Below, piece by piece: positions 10,267 through 19,541 of a DNA stretch of 64,000 nucleotides. The first letter of the stretch is position 1. Each line of letters begins with the position of its first letter. The stretch spans positions 14,575 through 78,574 of the forward strand of contig NZ_JBLWUK010000015.1 in assembly GCF_048268965.1 (NCBI RefSeq), read 5' to 3'. The notes beneath the pieces are model-generated. The model was not told the DNA's origin, searched no databases, and worked only from the letters and a program-made list of their open reading frames with translations. The position numbers and the translations under genes are program-made. The stretch comes from Oceanisphaera sp. Its GTDB lineage: Bacteria > Pseudomonadota > Gammaproteobacteria > Enterobacterales > Aeromonadaceae.

Positions 10267-10884
10267 TTAGTTCATCCAGCGGCCGTTATTGCGCTTGCGG
10301 CGTAGTGGCACCATGGGCAGCAGTATGCCAAACAGGAGGCCGGCACCGGCCACGACGCCCCCGTTTACCAGCCAGTCCAGTCGCATCTGGTGCTCCCTGT
10401 CGTCCATCAGGCTGGTGAGGCGCTGGTTTTCACTTTCAAGCAGGGCATGCTGCTGGCGCAGCGCATGCAATTGCTCGTTCACCTGGGTCAGCTCCTGCTC
10501 TTGTTGCTCCAGGCGCGTACTTTTATCCCGTATATCCTGTTGATGACGCTCATCCGCCGATCCCAGCAGCTGTTTGGTGTGCTCCAGCTCGGCTTCCAGC
10601 AGAGGCAGTCTGGAACGAAAGCTCTCGTTGCCTTGTACAAACTGACCGTCTACCCAGCCGGTGCGTCCCTTGGCATCCCGAATCTGCACATATTTGGTCT
10701 GCGCATCACGGCTCAGCTCCACCACGGGCTCGCCCGCTTTAACGGTGCCAATAATACGAAATTTGTTGCTGGAGCCAGCGTGCAGATAGGCGTACACATC
10801 ATCAGAAATATAACGGTTGGCCGCTTCTGCCATGCCAAGCCAGGGCAGGTAGCATAACAGTGCTACAAGAAGTTTCGCTTTCAC
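10267..10884 (-). CDS. ygiM: SH3-domain membrane protein (YgiM/HtrG, TIGR04211 type)
   Basis: Signal peptide, RYISDDVYAYLHAGSSNKFRIIG SH3 region, coiled coil, C-terminal TM (GGVVAGAGLLFGILLP) and RRKR..RWM tail. Confidence 0.9.
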   Translation of the reverse strand: MKAKLLVALLCYLPWLGMAEAANRYISDDVYAYLHAGSSNKFRIIGTVKAGEPVVELSRDAQTKYVQIRDAKGRTGWVDGQFVQGNESFRSRLPLLEAELEHTKQLLGSADERHQQDIRDKSTRLEQQEQELTQVNEQLHALRQQHALLESENQRLTSLMDDREHQMRLDWLVNGGVVAGAGLLFGILLPMVPLRRKRNNGRWMN

Positions 10885-10948
10885 CTAGGGTTCCTTCAAT
10901 CTCAACGATGAAGTCATGGTAAAGGGTGCAGGGAAAGAGGACAAGAAG

Positions 10949-10970
10949 AAGGGGGCAAGATTGCCCCCTT
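10949..10970 (-). terminator. Hairpin after pitA
   Basis: AAGGGGGCAA-GA-TTGCCCCCTT perfect stem; pyrimidine run follows on the minus strand. Confidence 0.55.
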
Positions 10971-10980
10971 GAAGTGCTGT

Positions 10981-12246
10981 TTAGCTAAAGAGCCACTTGA
11001 TAATGTAGTAAAAGATAATGGACAGAATAGCGCCGGCGGGCAGCGTGACTATCCAGGAAACCACTATATTACGCAGTACGTTAAGGTTGAGTGCCGCAAT
11101 ACCGCGCGCCAGGCCGACCCCCATGACGGCACCCACCAGGGTCTGGGTGGTGGAGATGGGCAGTCCGGTGCCGGATGCGATCACCACTGTCGCAGCAGTA
11201 GCAAGCTGAGCGGCAAAGCCGCGGCTGGGCGTGAGATGGGTAATACCCGTGCCTACCGTGGCCATTACCTTGTGGCCCAAGGAGGCCAGGCCAATCACAA
11301 TACCAATGCCGCCCAGAGGCAGTATCCACCAGGCAATGCTGGATTTAGCGGCAATTTCACCCGAGCTTTGTACTATGCTCACCACGGCAGACAGCGGGCC
11401 AATGGCGTTGGCCACGTCGTTGGAGCCGTGAGCAAAGGCCATGGCACAGGCGGTGACCACCATCAGAATGCCGAACACTTTCTCTACGTTAGAGTAGTGC
11501 ATGTCCTTGTCATCCTGGGGATCGTATTGCTTGCGCTTGATGTAGATGCTACTCAGTACGGCGGCCAGCAAGGAGACGCTGATCGAGAGTATCCAGCCTT
11601 GCACCTCGCTCATTTCCAGACCCACGTGCTTGAGACCCTTCTTCAGGGTGACCAGGCACAGCACCATCACGGTAAAGAAAATGTAGGCAGGAACGTATTT
11701 CTTGGCGGCAGCTAACGGGTTGTCGGCGTTGAAAATCAGTCGTTGCACACTGATAAAGGTAAAGTAGGCCAACACGCCGGAGAGCGCCGGGGTGATAATC
11801 CAGGAGCCGACCACACCGGCCACCTTGTTCCAATGCACGGCATCCGAGCCCAGAGAAACCAGGGCAAAGCCAATAATGGCACCTATGATGGAGTGGGTAG
11901 TAGAAACCGGCCAACCGTAGTAAGAGGCCAGTAACAGCCAGGTACCTGCAGCCAGCAGAGAGGCAATCATGCCAAAGACCAATAGGTCGGGCGTATCGGA
12001 AAAGGCGGCGGAATCTATGATGCCATTCTTGATGGTAGAGGTAACTTCCCCCCCGGCCAGATAAGCGCCGGCAAATTCGAAGATCATGGCGATGATGATC
12101 GCCTGTTTGATGGTCAGCGAACGCGTTCCCACCGAGGTGCCCATGGCATTCGCCACATCGTTTGCACCTATGCCCCAGGCCATGAAAAAGCCGAAGAGCG
12201 CCGCCACCAGAATAAGCATGGTGCCGTAGTTAGCGATGATATCCAT
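10981..12246 (-). CDS. pitA: Inorganic phosphate transporter, PiT family
   Basis: Duplicated GANDVANAMG / GSNDVANAIG signature; PVSTTH and PISTTQ motifs. Confidence 0.93.
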   Translation of the reverse strand: MDIIANYGTMLILVAALFGFFMAWGIGANDVANAMGTSVGTRSLTIKQAIIIAMIFEFAGAYLAGGEVTSTIKNGIIDSAAFSDTPDLLVFGMIASLLAAGTWLLLASYYGWPVSTTHSIIGAIIGFALVSLGSDAVHWNKVAGVVGSWIITPALSGVLAYFTFISVQRLIFNADNPLAAAKKYVPAYIFFTVMVLCLVTLKKGLKHVGLEMSEVQGWILSISVSLLAAVLSSIYIKRKQYDPQDDKDMHYSNVEKVFGILMVVTACAMAFAHGSNDVANAIGPLSAVVSIVQSSGEIAAKSSIAWWILPLGGIGIVIGLASLGHKVMATVGTGITHLTPSRGFAAQLATAATVVIASGTGLPISTTQTLVGAVMGVGLARGIAALNLNVLRNIVVSWIVTLPAGAILSIIFYYIIKWLFS

Positions 12247-12267
12247 TTGTATACCTTGTTATTTCGC

Positions 12268-12948
12268 TCAGGAGCGGGAAAGCATCAGCTCTAAACGGGA
12301 ACCGACCCGTTCGGCCTGATCTGCCAGATCACCGACCCACTCAAGGATCTTGTACAAGAACATGATGTCGATAGGGTTATAACCCTCTTCAATGTCCTGC
12401 AGCTGCCTACGCAGTTTAGCCTGCATGACATCGGTGTCATCTTCTATGAGGTCGAGTTGATGGATCATTTCGGAAACCAAATCCATTTCCCGCCCTTTAA
12501 AGCCGATTTCCAGCAGCTCGTCGAGCTCGTCAATGGCCTTGGCTGCCTGGGCGGTGGCGTCGATGCACCGGTTGAGATAAACCATAAAGTCAGGTTTGAG
12601 TTCGAGCGGTATCAGCATCTGACGACCGACTATGCGTCCCGAAATATCTTTTGCCTTGTTGGCGATCTTGTCTTGCTGCGTGAGCAACTCCAGCATGTCG
12701 GTGCGTTCCACCGGCATGAACAGGCCACGAGGAAGTTTGAGGCGGATTTCCCGCTTCAGGGTATCGGCTTCTCGTTCGAGTTGGGATATACGTCGCTGAA
12801 TCAGTGCGGCTTGTTCCCAGTCCTTTTCCCACATGGCGTCGAAGAATGGAACCAATTGCTGCGCAGCTTCGTGCACTTTTACGACATGTTTTTGCAGCGG
12901 TTTGATAGGGGACTTGGCAAAGAGCCCCAAAATAGTATTTACTGACAT
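12268..12948 (-). CDS. TIGR00153/DUF47 family phosphate-transport accessory protein
   Basis: LFAKSPIKPLQKH, LEREADTLKREIR...LPRGLFMPV, DLADQAERVG; typical partner upstream of PiT genes. Confidence 0.9.
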   Translation of the reverse strand: MSVNTILGLFAKSPIKPLQKHVVKVHEAAQQLVPFFDAMWEKDWEQAALIQRRISQLEREADTLKREIRLKLPRGLFMPVERTDMLELLTQQDKIANKAKDISGRIVGRQMLIPLELKPDFMVYLNRCIDATAQAAKAIDELDELLEIGFKGREMDLVSEMIHQLDLIEDDTDVMQAKLRRQLQDIEEGYNPIDIMFLYKILEWVGDLADQAERVGSRLELMLSRS

Positions 12949-13115
12949 GGCTAACCCTGTGTCGGTGAAAAAACACTCGATACATAAATGTGGCGCGAAT
13001 GGTAACTTAACTACAATAGCAAGAAAACAGCATTTTTATGAGTACACTTGTATTTGCTGCTACTTTTTAAGTATTTAACTATAAAAATCAAAAGGTTGGA
13101 GATTTAAGGCACCCT

Positions 13116-14630
13116 ATGGATACTGAAATTGAGCTTAAGTTTCTTGTCTCATCCGACATGGGTAGCCGATTGCCCACTCTGTTGCAATCTTACAAGATTA
13201 GTCAGCACGACCAGCAACACCTGGCCAATACTTACTTCGACACCGCCGACCTGGCATTAGGCAAGATAAAAGCCGGGCTGCGGATCCGCAGCCAAAACGG
13301 CAAAATGGAGCAAACCGTCAAGCTGGCCGGCAGCCAGGTGGGGGGTTTGCATCAGCGTCCTGAATACAATGTGCCGCTGACCGTTCATAGTCCGGACTTG
13401 TCACTGTTTCCGGCCCACATCTGGCCCGAAGCATTGAATGTTAATCGGGTACAGCAGTCCTTACAGCCGCTGTTCAGCACCGATTTTTTGCGTCGGCGCT
13501 GGCTGTTGACCATCGAAGACACCGACATCGAGCTGGCGCTGGATGAAGGAGAGGTACAGTCCGGAGAGCAGCGTGAAACCATTCATGAACTGGAGCTGGA
13601 GCTGGTAAAGGGCGATGTGTCACAGCTGTTTGAGCTGGCCGATGAGCTGGTCAAGGCGGGCGGCCTCCGTTTGGGCACGGTTTCCAAGGCGCAGCGGGGC
13701 TATCGCCTGGCCGGTTTTAGTACGCCTTCCCGGCTGCAGATGCTGGAGCCCTTGCCATTAACGGCCGCCGACAACTGCGAACAAACCATGATAGCCCTGC
13801 TGCACAAGGGCCTGTATCACTGGCAATACCATGAAGAAGGCTGGCTGGCCGAGCCGGGCGACCGGCTCGACTGGTTGATGCAGTTGCGCGAAGGCGTGTC
13901 TCTGGTGCATCAAACCCTGCTGCTGTTTGGCGACCAGGTATCGCGCCATGTTAACAGTGGTTGGGTAGACGATTTATTGTGGCTACAGCAACAGCTTTCC
14001 TGGCTGGATCGGGCGCAAATGCTGGCGTACCTGACCGCAGACAAGGGGCACTACCTGCGCCGCCTGGATTGCCAGAAGTCGGTGCTTACTCACTTGCAGG
14101 AGCAGCAACAAAGGCTACCTGACGAAGCCCGGCTGGAAGCGCTGTTTTACAGTGCCCGCTATGGGCGCCTGATGCTGGGGCTGACGCATTGGTTGTACCG
14201 ACAAGACTGGCGAGCCGGGTTGGCCGCTACACAAACGGCGCAACTGGCGGCCCCCGTGGGTGAACTGGCTCGGCAGCGACTGGAAGACAGCTGGCATATA
14301 TTGCGCCACAGTGCCCTGGGCGAGCCCAGCCTCGACGGGGAACGTTATATTCAGCAGAAGGGCAAACTCAGGCGCAACCTGATGATAGGGCTGTGTTTTA
14401 GCTCTCTGTATCCTGAAGCGGATCGTATCGGGTTTCGTATGCCCTGGCTTGATATTCTGCGCGGCATAGAAGATTTGGATATGCTGTCGCCGTTACAGGA
14501 TGTCAGTGAACAACTGGATGCCACCGAGAAAGACGAGCTGGAGCAGTGGCTGGCTCGCAAGCAACAGTTTCTGCTGGAGGCGCTGGAGCAATCCCGTGCC
14601 CAGGCCTTGCAGATGAAGCCATACTGGTAA
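13116..14630 (+). CDS. ygiF: CYTH + CHAD domain inorganic triphosphatase (YgiF)
   Basis: EIELKF, NTYFDT, LRIR, EQTVK, ELELELVKG, SKAQRGYRL CYTH motifs; helical C-terminal half. Confidence 0.9.
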   Translation: MDTEIELKFLVSSDMGSRLPTLLQSYKISQHDQQHLANTYFDTADLALGKIKAGLRIRSQNGKMEQTVKLAGSQVGGLHQRPEYNVPLTVHSPDLSLFPAHIWPEALNVNRVQQSLQPLFSTDFLRRRWLLTIEDTDIELALDEGEVQSGEQRETIHELELELVKGDVSQLFELADELVKAGGLRLGTVSKAQRGYRLAGFSTPSRLQMLEPLPLTAADNCEQTMIALLHKGLYHWQYHEEGWLAEPGDRLDWLMQLREGVSLVHQTLLLFGDQVSRHVNSGWVDDLLWLQQQLSWLDRAQMLAYLTADKGHYLRRLDCQKSVLTHLQEQQQRLPDEARLEALFYSARYGRLMLGLTHWLYRQDWRAGLAATQTAQLAAPVGELARQRLEDSWHILRHSALGEPSLDGERYIQQKGKLRRNLMIGLCFSSLYPEADRIGFRMPWLDILRGIEDLDMLSPLQDVSEQLDATEKDELEQWLARKQQFLLEALEQSRAQALQMKPYW

Positions 14631-14644
14631 TCATTGACGTAAAA

Positions 14645-14722
14645 AGAGGTGAAGAGTAAGGGGGAAGAGTTCAGTATTCACCCTTCACCCTTCACCCTTC
14701 ACCCTTCACCCTTCACCTTCAC
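14645..14722. repeat. Heptamer tract (TTCACCC)x5 with G-rich counter-arm
   Basis: Five perfect TTCACCC units at 14677-14711, preceded by gaggtgaagagtaaggggga, between convergent genes. The stop codon of the minus gene (14719-14721) lies inside the tract. Confidence 0.85.
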
Positions 14723-15048
14723 TTATCCAGCGACTGACTGTAGCTGAGCAATTCGTCCATCACCTTGTGTTTTATTTCCAGCTGCTGGCTGGGCTGCAGC
14801 CCATAACGTTCGGCCAGAAAAGCATAATCCTCTGGGCTCAGCGACACCGTCAGCCGAGGCCGCTTGGGTTTGCTGGCAACGGGCAGGGTGAGAATATGGC
14901 GAATTTGATCCGAGGGGCTCAGGCCGTTATCCAGCGCCTGACGTCGAATTTGATATTGCAGCGTTTCTTCCATGTCGAAGGCCACCTGTACCGCCTTGGC
15001 GGCGCGTGCCGAGCTCTGCCATTTTTGCGGCAGCTTGCGCGAACTCAT
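14719..15048 (-). CDS. Small protein with two ribbon-helix-helix-like halves (109 aa)
   Basis: Likely start is ATG at 15048, overlapping the upstream stop (ATGA). VQVAFDM-EETLQYQIRRQALDNG-SPSDQIRHIL and RLTVSL-SPEDYAFLAERYG show strand-helix-helix patterns. The fold is inferred. Confidence 0.7.
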   Translation of the reverse strand: MSSRKLPQKWQSSARAAKAVQVAFDMEETLQYQIRRQALDNGLSPSDQIRHILTLPVASKPKRPRLTVSLSPEDYAFLAERYGLQPSQQLEIKHKVMDELLSYSQSLDK

Positions 15049-15671
15049 GAACGCGCCTCCAGCCGTTGTTTCAGCCGGGCCAGGACCTGCTCGGTACTCG
15101 ATCTCTCGGCGGTGGACGGCAGGACATCGGGCTCGGCATCTGCCGCCTGTTGCCGCTCTCGCGCCCGAATATCGGTCAGCGCCTGTTTGGCATTGACCGG
15201 CGTTAATTCCGAGTGATGCTGGCGGATGGTGGTCAGGGTTTTGCGCACACATGCGGTATTGTTGGCCATGGTCAGCTGTCGGCACAGGTCATGATAATGA
15301 CGTTCGGCCCCCGAGCTGCGCTGTTGGTAATAGGCTTGTTGCTTGAGTCGGCGAGCCAGGGTCTGTTGGGCCATCTCCAGCTGATTTTCGACCTCGGCGA
15401 GCGCCGTGGCCAGCAGATGTGCCTGCTGTGGCTGGCCATCGGCCAACGCCTGCAAGGTGGCTTGCTCTTGACTGATTTGTTGCTGCTGCAGTGATGCCTG
15501 GTGCCGGCGCAGTTGGGCTATCTCGAGACTCAATTGTTGATGTTGTCGCTCCAGCCCCTGCATATGCAGCCTGGCATGACGGCAATCGCGCTCTAGCTGC
15601 ACCCGAACATCATTCGCATCCTGATGCTCATCGCCATGCAGGCTGCGCAGTACCTGACCTAATACACTCAT
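15045..15671 (-). CDS. PspA/IM30 family (YjfJ-like) coiled-coil protein, divergent
   Basis: All-helical and Gln-rich; C-terminal SSTEQVLARLKQR resembles the YjfJ/PspA tail; directly downstream of a yjfI-like gene. Confidence 0.7.
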   Translation of the reverse strand: MSVLGQVLRSLHGDEHQDANDVRVQLERDCRHARLHMQGLERQHQQLSLEIAQLRRHQASLQQQQISQEQATLQALADGQPQQAHLLATALAEVENQLEMAQQTLARRLKQQAYYQQRSSGAERHYHDLCRQLTMANNTACVRKTLTTIRQHHSELTPVNAKQALTDIRARERQQAADAEPDVLPSTAERSSTEQVLARLKQRLEARS

Positions 15672-15681
15672 CAGCCGGCCC

Positions 15682-16095
15682 TCATAATAAAAACTCTGCC
15701 ATATCTTCGATGACTTCCAGGCAGTTATCGCTCAACACCGCCAATTCGTGTTCAATATCGTGCAGGCTGGAATTAAGCGACAGGGCGCCGAACACCACAT
15801 ACCAGTCATCAAGGCGGGCAAAGGCCGACAGCGGCATGGGAATGTTCATGTCGAGCATGGCTTCCAGCATGGCGAGACGACGCTGAGGATCAACCTGACT
15901 TTCGTCCCACAAATAGCTGATGCACAGTAATTGATCATCGGAGGCCGAAATAAATAACGGCAGCTCTTCCCGGCCTTCTACGGCGACTTTAAGTACCTCT
16001 ACATCGCCCGAGATGGGAAAACACTGAAAACGAAACCCCGTGCTCGACGGTGTATCACGCCGTTCGAGGTGAAGGGCGATAACTGAAAGATCCAT
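15682..16095 (-). CDS. YjfI family (DUF2170) protein
   Basis: REELPLFISASDDQLLCISYLW, EAMLDMNIPMPLSAF, YVVFGALSLNS...IEHELAVLSDN match my recollection of YjfI. AGGA RBS before ATG at 16095. Confidence 0.85.
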   Translation of the reverse strand: MDLSVIALHLERRDTPSSTGFRFQCFPISGDVEVLKVAVEGREELPLFISASDDQLLCISYLWDESQVDPQRRLAMLEAMLDMNIPMPLSAFARLDDWYVVFGALSLNSSLHDIEHELAVLSDNCLEVIEDMAEFLL

Positions 16096-16118
16096 CAATA
16101 TATCCTGACATAATAAGA

Positions 16119-16389
16119 CTAGGGTCTGTTGACCTTTCGAGATGATTTTTGCAGCAGTTTGTGGTGTCTTTATACAAGGCAGCGCTTATGCCATGTAGTT
16201 ATTCTCCATAAATAAGCGCTAACACCGTAGAAAGGCGCCACAAACGCTGCCCTTCGGGTTCGGCTAAACGCGTTTTTCTCTTTGTTGAGCGGGGTCTTGC
16301 TTAGAGCGACTAGGCTACAACCCGCTCGCCGCGATAAAAACGCGTTTAACTCGAACAAAATTTAACCGCGAAAGGTCAACAGACCCTAG
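16119..16389. mobile_element. 271-bp MITE-like element with perfect terminal inverted repeats and CTAG flanks
   Basis: CTAG-GGTCTGTTGACCTTTCG (16119-16139) is the exact reverse complement of CGAAAGGTCAACAGACC-CTAG (16369-16389). No coding capacity. Confidence 0.8.
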
Positions 16390-16523
16390 GACAGACTAAA
16401 GCAGCCTTGGGCCTCGGCGCAAGCCCGGGTGAAAATGCCTTATCGGGATCAGGGTGCGCTGTGCAAGGGCGACAACAATGATAATCTGCAGTGAGATGCC
16501 TGCAGACGTAAAAGGATAAAGAG

Positions 16524-19391
16524 ATGGTCGAGATGCCCCCCCTGCTTGTGAACCAAGCCGACAAGCACTGGTCCCGTTTTGCCGAGCGTGCCGCCGAGGT
16601 GGTGGCACAGCTTGACGAGTCGCGGCGTGCCCGGCTGCATGCGTTATTTGCCTGCAGCGACTTTGCGGCCGACAGCCTGTGCCGGCAACCCGAGCTGGCG
16701 CTGGAACTGGACGATACCCGGGACTTGCATAACAGCGACCGGGCCGCCGGTTATTCCTCTGCCCTGGCGCAACAGTTGTCCGGCGTCACGGATGAAGCGG
16801 CCTTGCTGCGCACGCTGCGCCGCTTTCGTCGGCGTGAGCTGTTGCTGATTGCCTGGCGCGAGATGCTGCTGGGCGCCGAGGTGGAAGAAAGCTTTGTGCA
16901 TATCTCGGCGCTGGCCGATGCCTTGATAATGGCGGCCTATCACTGGCTGTATCAGCATCAATGCAGCACTTTGGGTACCCCCACCGATGCCGAGGGCAAT
17001 GGGGTGCCCATGCTGATTTTGGGTATGGGCAAACTGGGTGGCCACGAGCTGAATTTTTCTTCCGATATCGATCTTATTTTTACCTTTCCCCATAACGGCG
17101 TTACGCGGGGAGGGCGCCGCGAGCTGGCCAACCAGCAGTTTTTTATCCGTTTGGGGCAAAAACTGGTGAATGCGCTGCATCAGACGACCGCCGACGGCCA
17201 GGTGTATCGGGTGGATATGCGGCTGCGCCCGTTTGGCGAGTCGGGACCGTTGGCGGTCAGCTTTGCCGCCATGGAGGATTACTACCAGCACCATGGCCGC
17301 ACCTGGGAGCGTTATGCCATGGTCAAGGCGCGGGTGATTAACGACGAGGGGACCTACAACCGCGAGCTGCAGGCCATGCTCAAACCCTTCGTGTTTCGCC
17401 GCTATATCGATTTTGGCGTGATCGACTCCCTGCGCCAGATGAAGGCGATGATTGCCGCCGAAGTGCGTCGCAAGGGCCTGCACGATAACATCAAGCTGGG
17501 TGCCGGCGGGATCCGTGAAATTGAGTTTATTGCCCAGGTATTTCAGCTGATCCGCGGTGGCCGAGAGCCGGCGTTGCAGGTGCGGCATTTGCCGAGCGCG
17601 CTGGCTGCAGCGTGCGAGTCCGGGGCGCTGACGGCGGCCGAAGCCGAACAATTGCATCAAAGTTATCGTTTCTTACGTCGGGTCGAGAACTTCTTACAAG
17701 CGTTTGATGATCAGCAAACGCAAACGCTGCCTACTGACGAGCTGAATCGCAGCCGGCTCGCCTGGCTGATGGGACATTCAAACTGGGATGATTTTTACCA
17801 GGCGCTACGCCAGGCCATGGAGCAGGTTCGTCTGCAATTTGATGGCCTGATTGGTGACAATACCGAGGCGGAAGAAGAAGGCGCGCCACAAATCTGGTTC
17901 GATCTCTGGCAAACCGACCTGGATGAATCGGAATTGATTCCCTTGTTGCAAGAGCAGGGCATTAACGAAGAAAAAGCCACCCGCCTGGCTCGTACCCTGT
18001 ATCACTTTAAAGAGGAATGTCCGCGCCGGGCAATGGGGCCTCAGGGCAGGCAGGCGCTGGACAAATTGATGCCGGTGTTGCTCGACAAGATTAATCAGTC
18101 CGAGACGCCGGGCCTGCTGTTTGCCCGCCTGCAAAATCTGCTGCTTAAAATCGCGACCCGTACCGCTTACTTGCAGTTACTGGTAGAAAACGCCGGCGCA
18201 CTCACCCAGCTGATCCGGCTGTGTGAAGCCAGTTCGCTGGTGGCGGAGCAATTGGCGCGTTACCCGATTTTGCTGGATGAACTGCTGGTGCCGCAGGTGT
18301 TGTACAACCCCATTCCCCTCGAAGAATACCGGGATGAATTGCGGCAGTTCTTGCTGCGGGTGCCGGAAGACGATGTCGAGCAGCAAATGGAGGCGCTGCG
18401 TCAGTTCAAGCAGGTGCATCTGCTGCGCATTGCCGCCGCGGACATTGCCGGCGCCTTGCCCCTGATGAAGGTCAGCGATCACCTGACCTGGCTGGCAGAA
18501 GCCATCGTCGAGGAAGTCGTCAACCAGGCCTGGACGCAGATCAGCGCGCGACACGGCGTGCCCGCCATGCTGGCAGACAGCCCGCACCGCGGGTTTGGCG
18601 TAGTGGCCTATGGCAAACTGGGGGGCATAGAGCTGGCCTACAGCTCGGATCTGGACTTGGTATTTGTGCACGAGGCGGGGCTGAAAGGCCAGACCAATGG
18701 TGATAAACCACTGGATGTAAGGCAGTTTTATCTGCGTTTGGCGCAACGCATCATTCATTTGTTCAGCACCCGCACCGCCAGTGGCGTGCTCTATGAGTTG
18801 GACATGCGCCTGCGGCCCAGCGGCAATTCGGGCCTGATGGTGAGCCCCCTGGATGCCTACCAGAACTACCTGCAAAATGAGGCCTGGACCTGGGAGCATC
18901 AGGCGCTGGTACGCAGCCGCCTGATCGTCGGTAACAGCACCTTGCATCGGGAGTTTGAGCGGGTGCGTCGTGAGGTACTGGGCAAGCGGCGCGACAAGGT
19001 GGCACTGGCCGAAGAGGTGGTCAGGATGCGCGAGAAGATGCGCCAGCATATGCTCAAGGCCGGTGCCGGAGAGTTCCATCTCAAGCAGTCGGTGGGCGGC
19101 CTGGCCGATATCGAATTTTTAACCCAGTACCTGGTGCTGGCCTACGGAGATGAGTACCCGGATGCGCTGATCCGCTGGTCGGACAATATTCGCATTCTGG
19201 AAGCCGCAGTAGAGGTTGGCTTGCTTGAGGAAGAGGAAGCCCAACAGTTAAAAGTCGCGTATTGCGCCATCAGAAACCGGGGCCACAGGTTAAGCCTGCT
19301 GGATCAACCCGGCCGGGTACCGGATACCGAGCTGGTTCAGGAAAGAGACTGGGTGATCGCCAGCTGGAATAAATGGCTGCAAACCCCGTGA
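16524..19391 (+). CDS. glnE: Bifunctional glutamine synthetase adenylyltransferase/adenylyl-removing enzyme
   Basis: Two nucleotidyltransferase domains: GMGKLGGHELNFSSDIDLIF and AYGKLGGIELAYSSDLDLVF; DMRLRP twice; WEHQALVR. Confidence 0.97.
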   Translation: MVEMPPLLVNQADKHWSRFAERAAEVVAQLDESRRARLHALFACSDFAADSLCRQPELALELDDTRDLHNSDRAAGYSSALAQQLSGVTDEAALLRTLRRFRRRELLLIAWREMLLGAEVEESFVHISALADALIMAAYHWLYQHQCSTLGTPTDAEGNGVPMLILGMGKLGGHELNFSSDIDLIFTFPHNGVTRGGRRELANQQFFIRLGQKLVNALHQTTADGQVYRVDMRLRPFGESGPLAVSFAAMEDYYQHHGRTWERYAMVKARVINDEGTYNRELQAMLKPFVFRRYIDFGVIDSLRQMKAMIAAEVRRKGLHDNIKLGAGGIREIEFIAQVFQLIRGGREPALQVRHLPSALAAACESGALTAAEAEQLHQSYRFLRRVENFLQAFDDQQTQTLPTDELNRSRLAWLMGHSNWDDFYQALRQAMEQVRLQFDGLIGDNTEAEEEGAPQIWFDLWQTDLDESELIPLLQEQGINEEKATRLARTLYHFKEECPRRAMGPQGRQALDKLMPVLLDKINQSETPGLLFARLQNLLLKIATRTAYLQLLVENAGALTQLIRLCEASSLVAEQLARYPILLDELLVPQVLYNPIPLEEYRDELRQFLLRVPEDDVEQQMEALRQFKQVHLLRIAAADIAGALPLMKVSDHLTWLAEAIVEEVVNQAWTQISARHGVPAMLADSPHRGFGVVAYGKLGGIELAYSSDLDLVFVHEAGLKGQTNGDKPLDVRQFYLRLAQRIIHLFSTRTASGVLYELDMRLRPSGNSGLMVSPLDAYQNYLQNEAWTWEHQALVRSRLIVGNSTLHREFERVRREVLGKRRDKVALAEEVVRMREKMRQHMLKAGAGEFHLKQSVGGLADIEFLTQYLVLAYGDEYPDALIRWSDNIRILEAAVEVGLLEEEEAQQLKVAYCAIRNRGHRLSLLDQPGRVPDTELVQERDWVIASWNKWLQTP

Positions 19392-19535
19392 AGGGGTAGA
19401 GGTGAGGCGTGAGGAGAACAAACCAGCCCCGAACCTGCCAGAAGGGTTGTTCACCTCACACCTCACACCTCACACCTCACACCTTACACCTTACACCTTA
19501 CACCTTACACCTTACACCTCACCCTTCACTCCTTA
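19388..19535. repeat. Heptamer microsatellite (CACCTCA)4(CACCTTA)5(CACCTCA) with G-rich counter-arm
   Basis: Ten consecutive CACCTYA units at 19452-19521; gtgaaggggtagaggtgaggcgtgagg arm starts at the glnE stop codon. Confidence 0.9.
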
Positions 19536-19541
19536 CGGATA

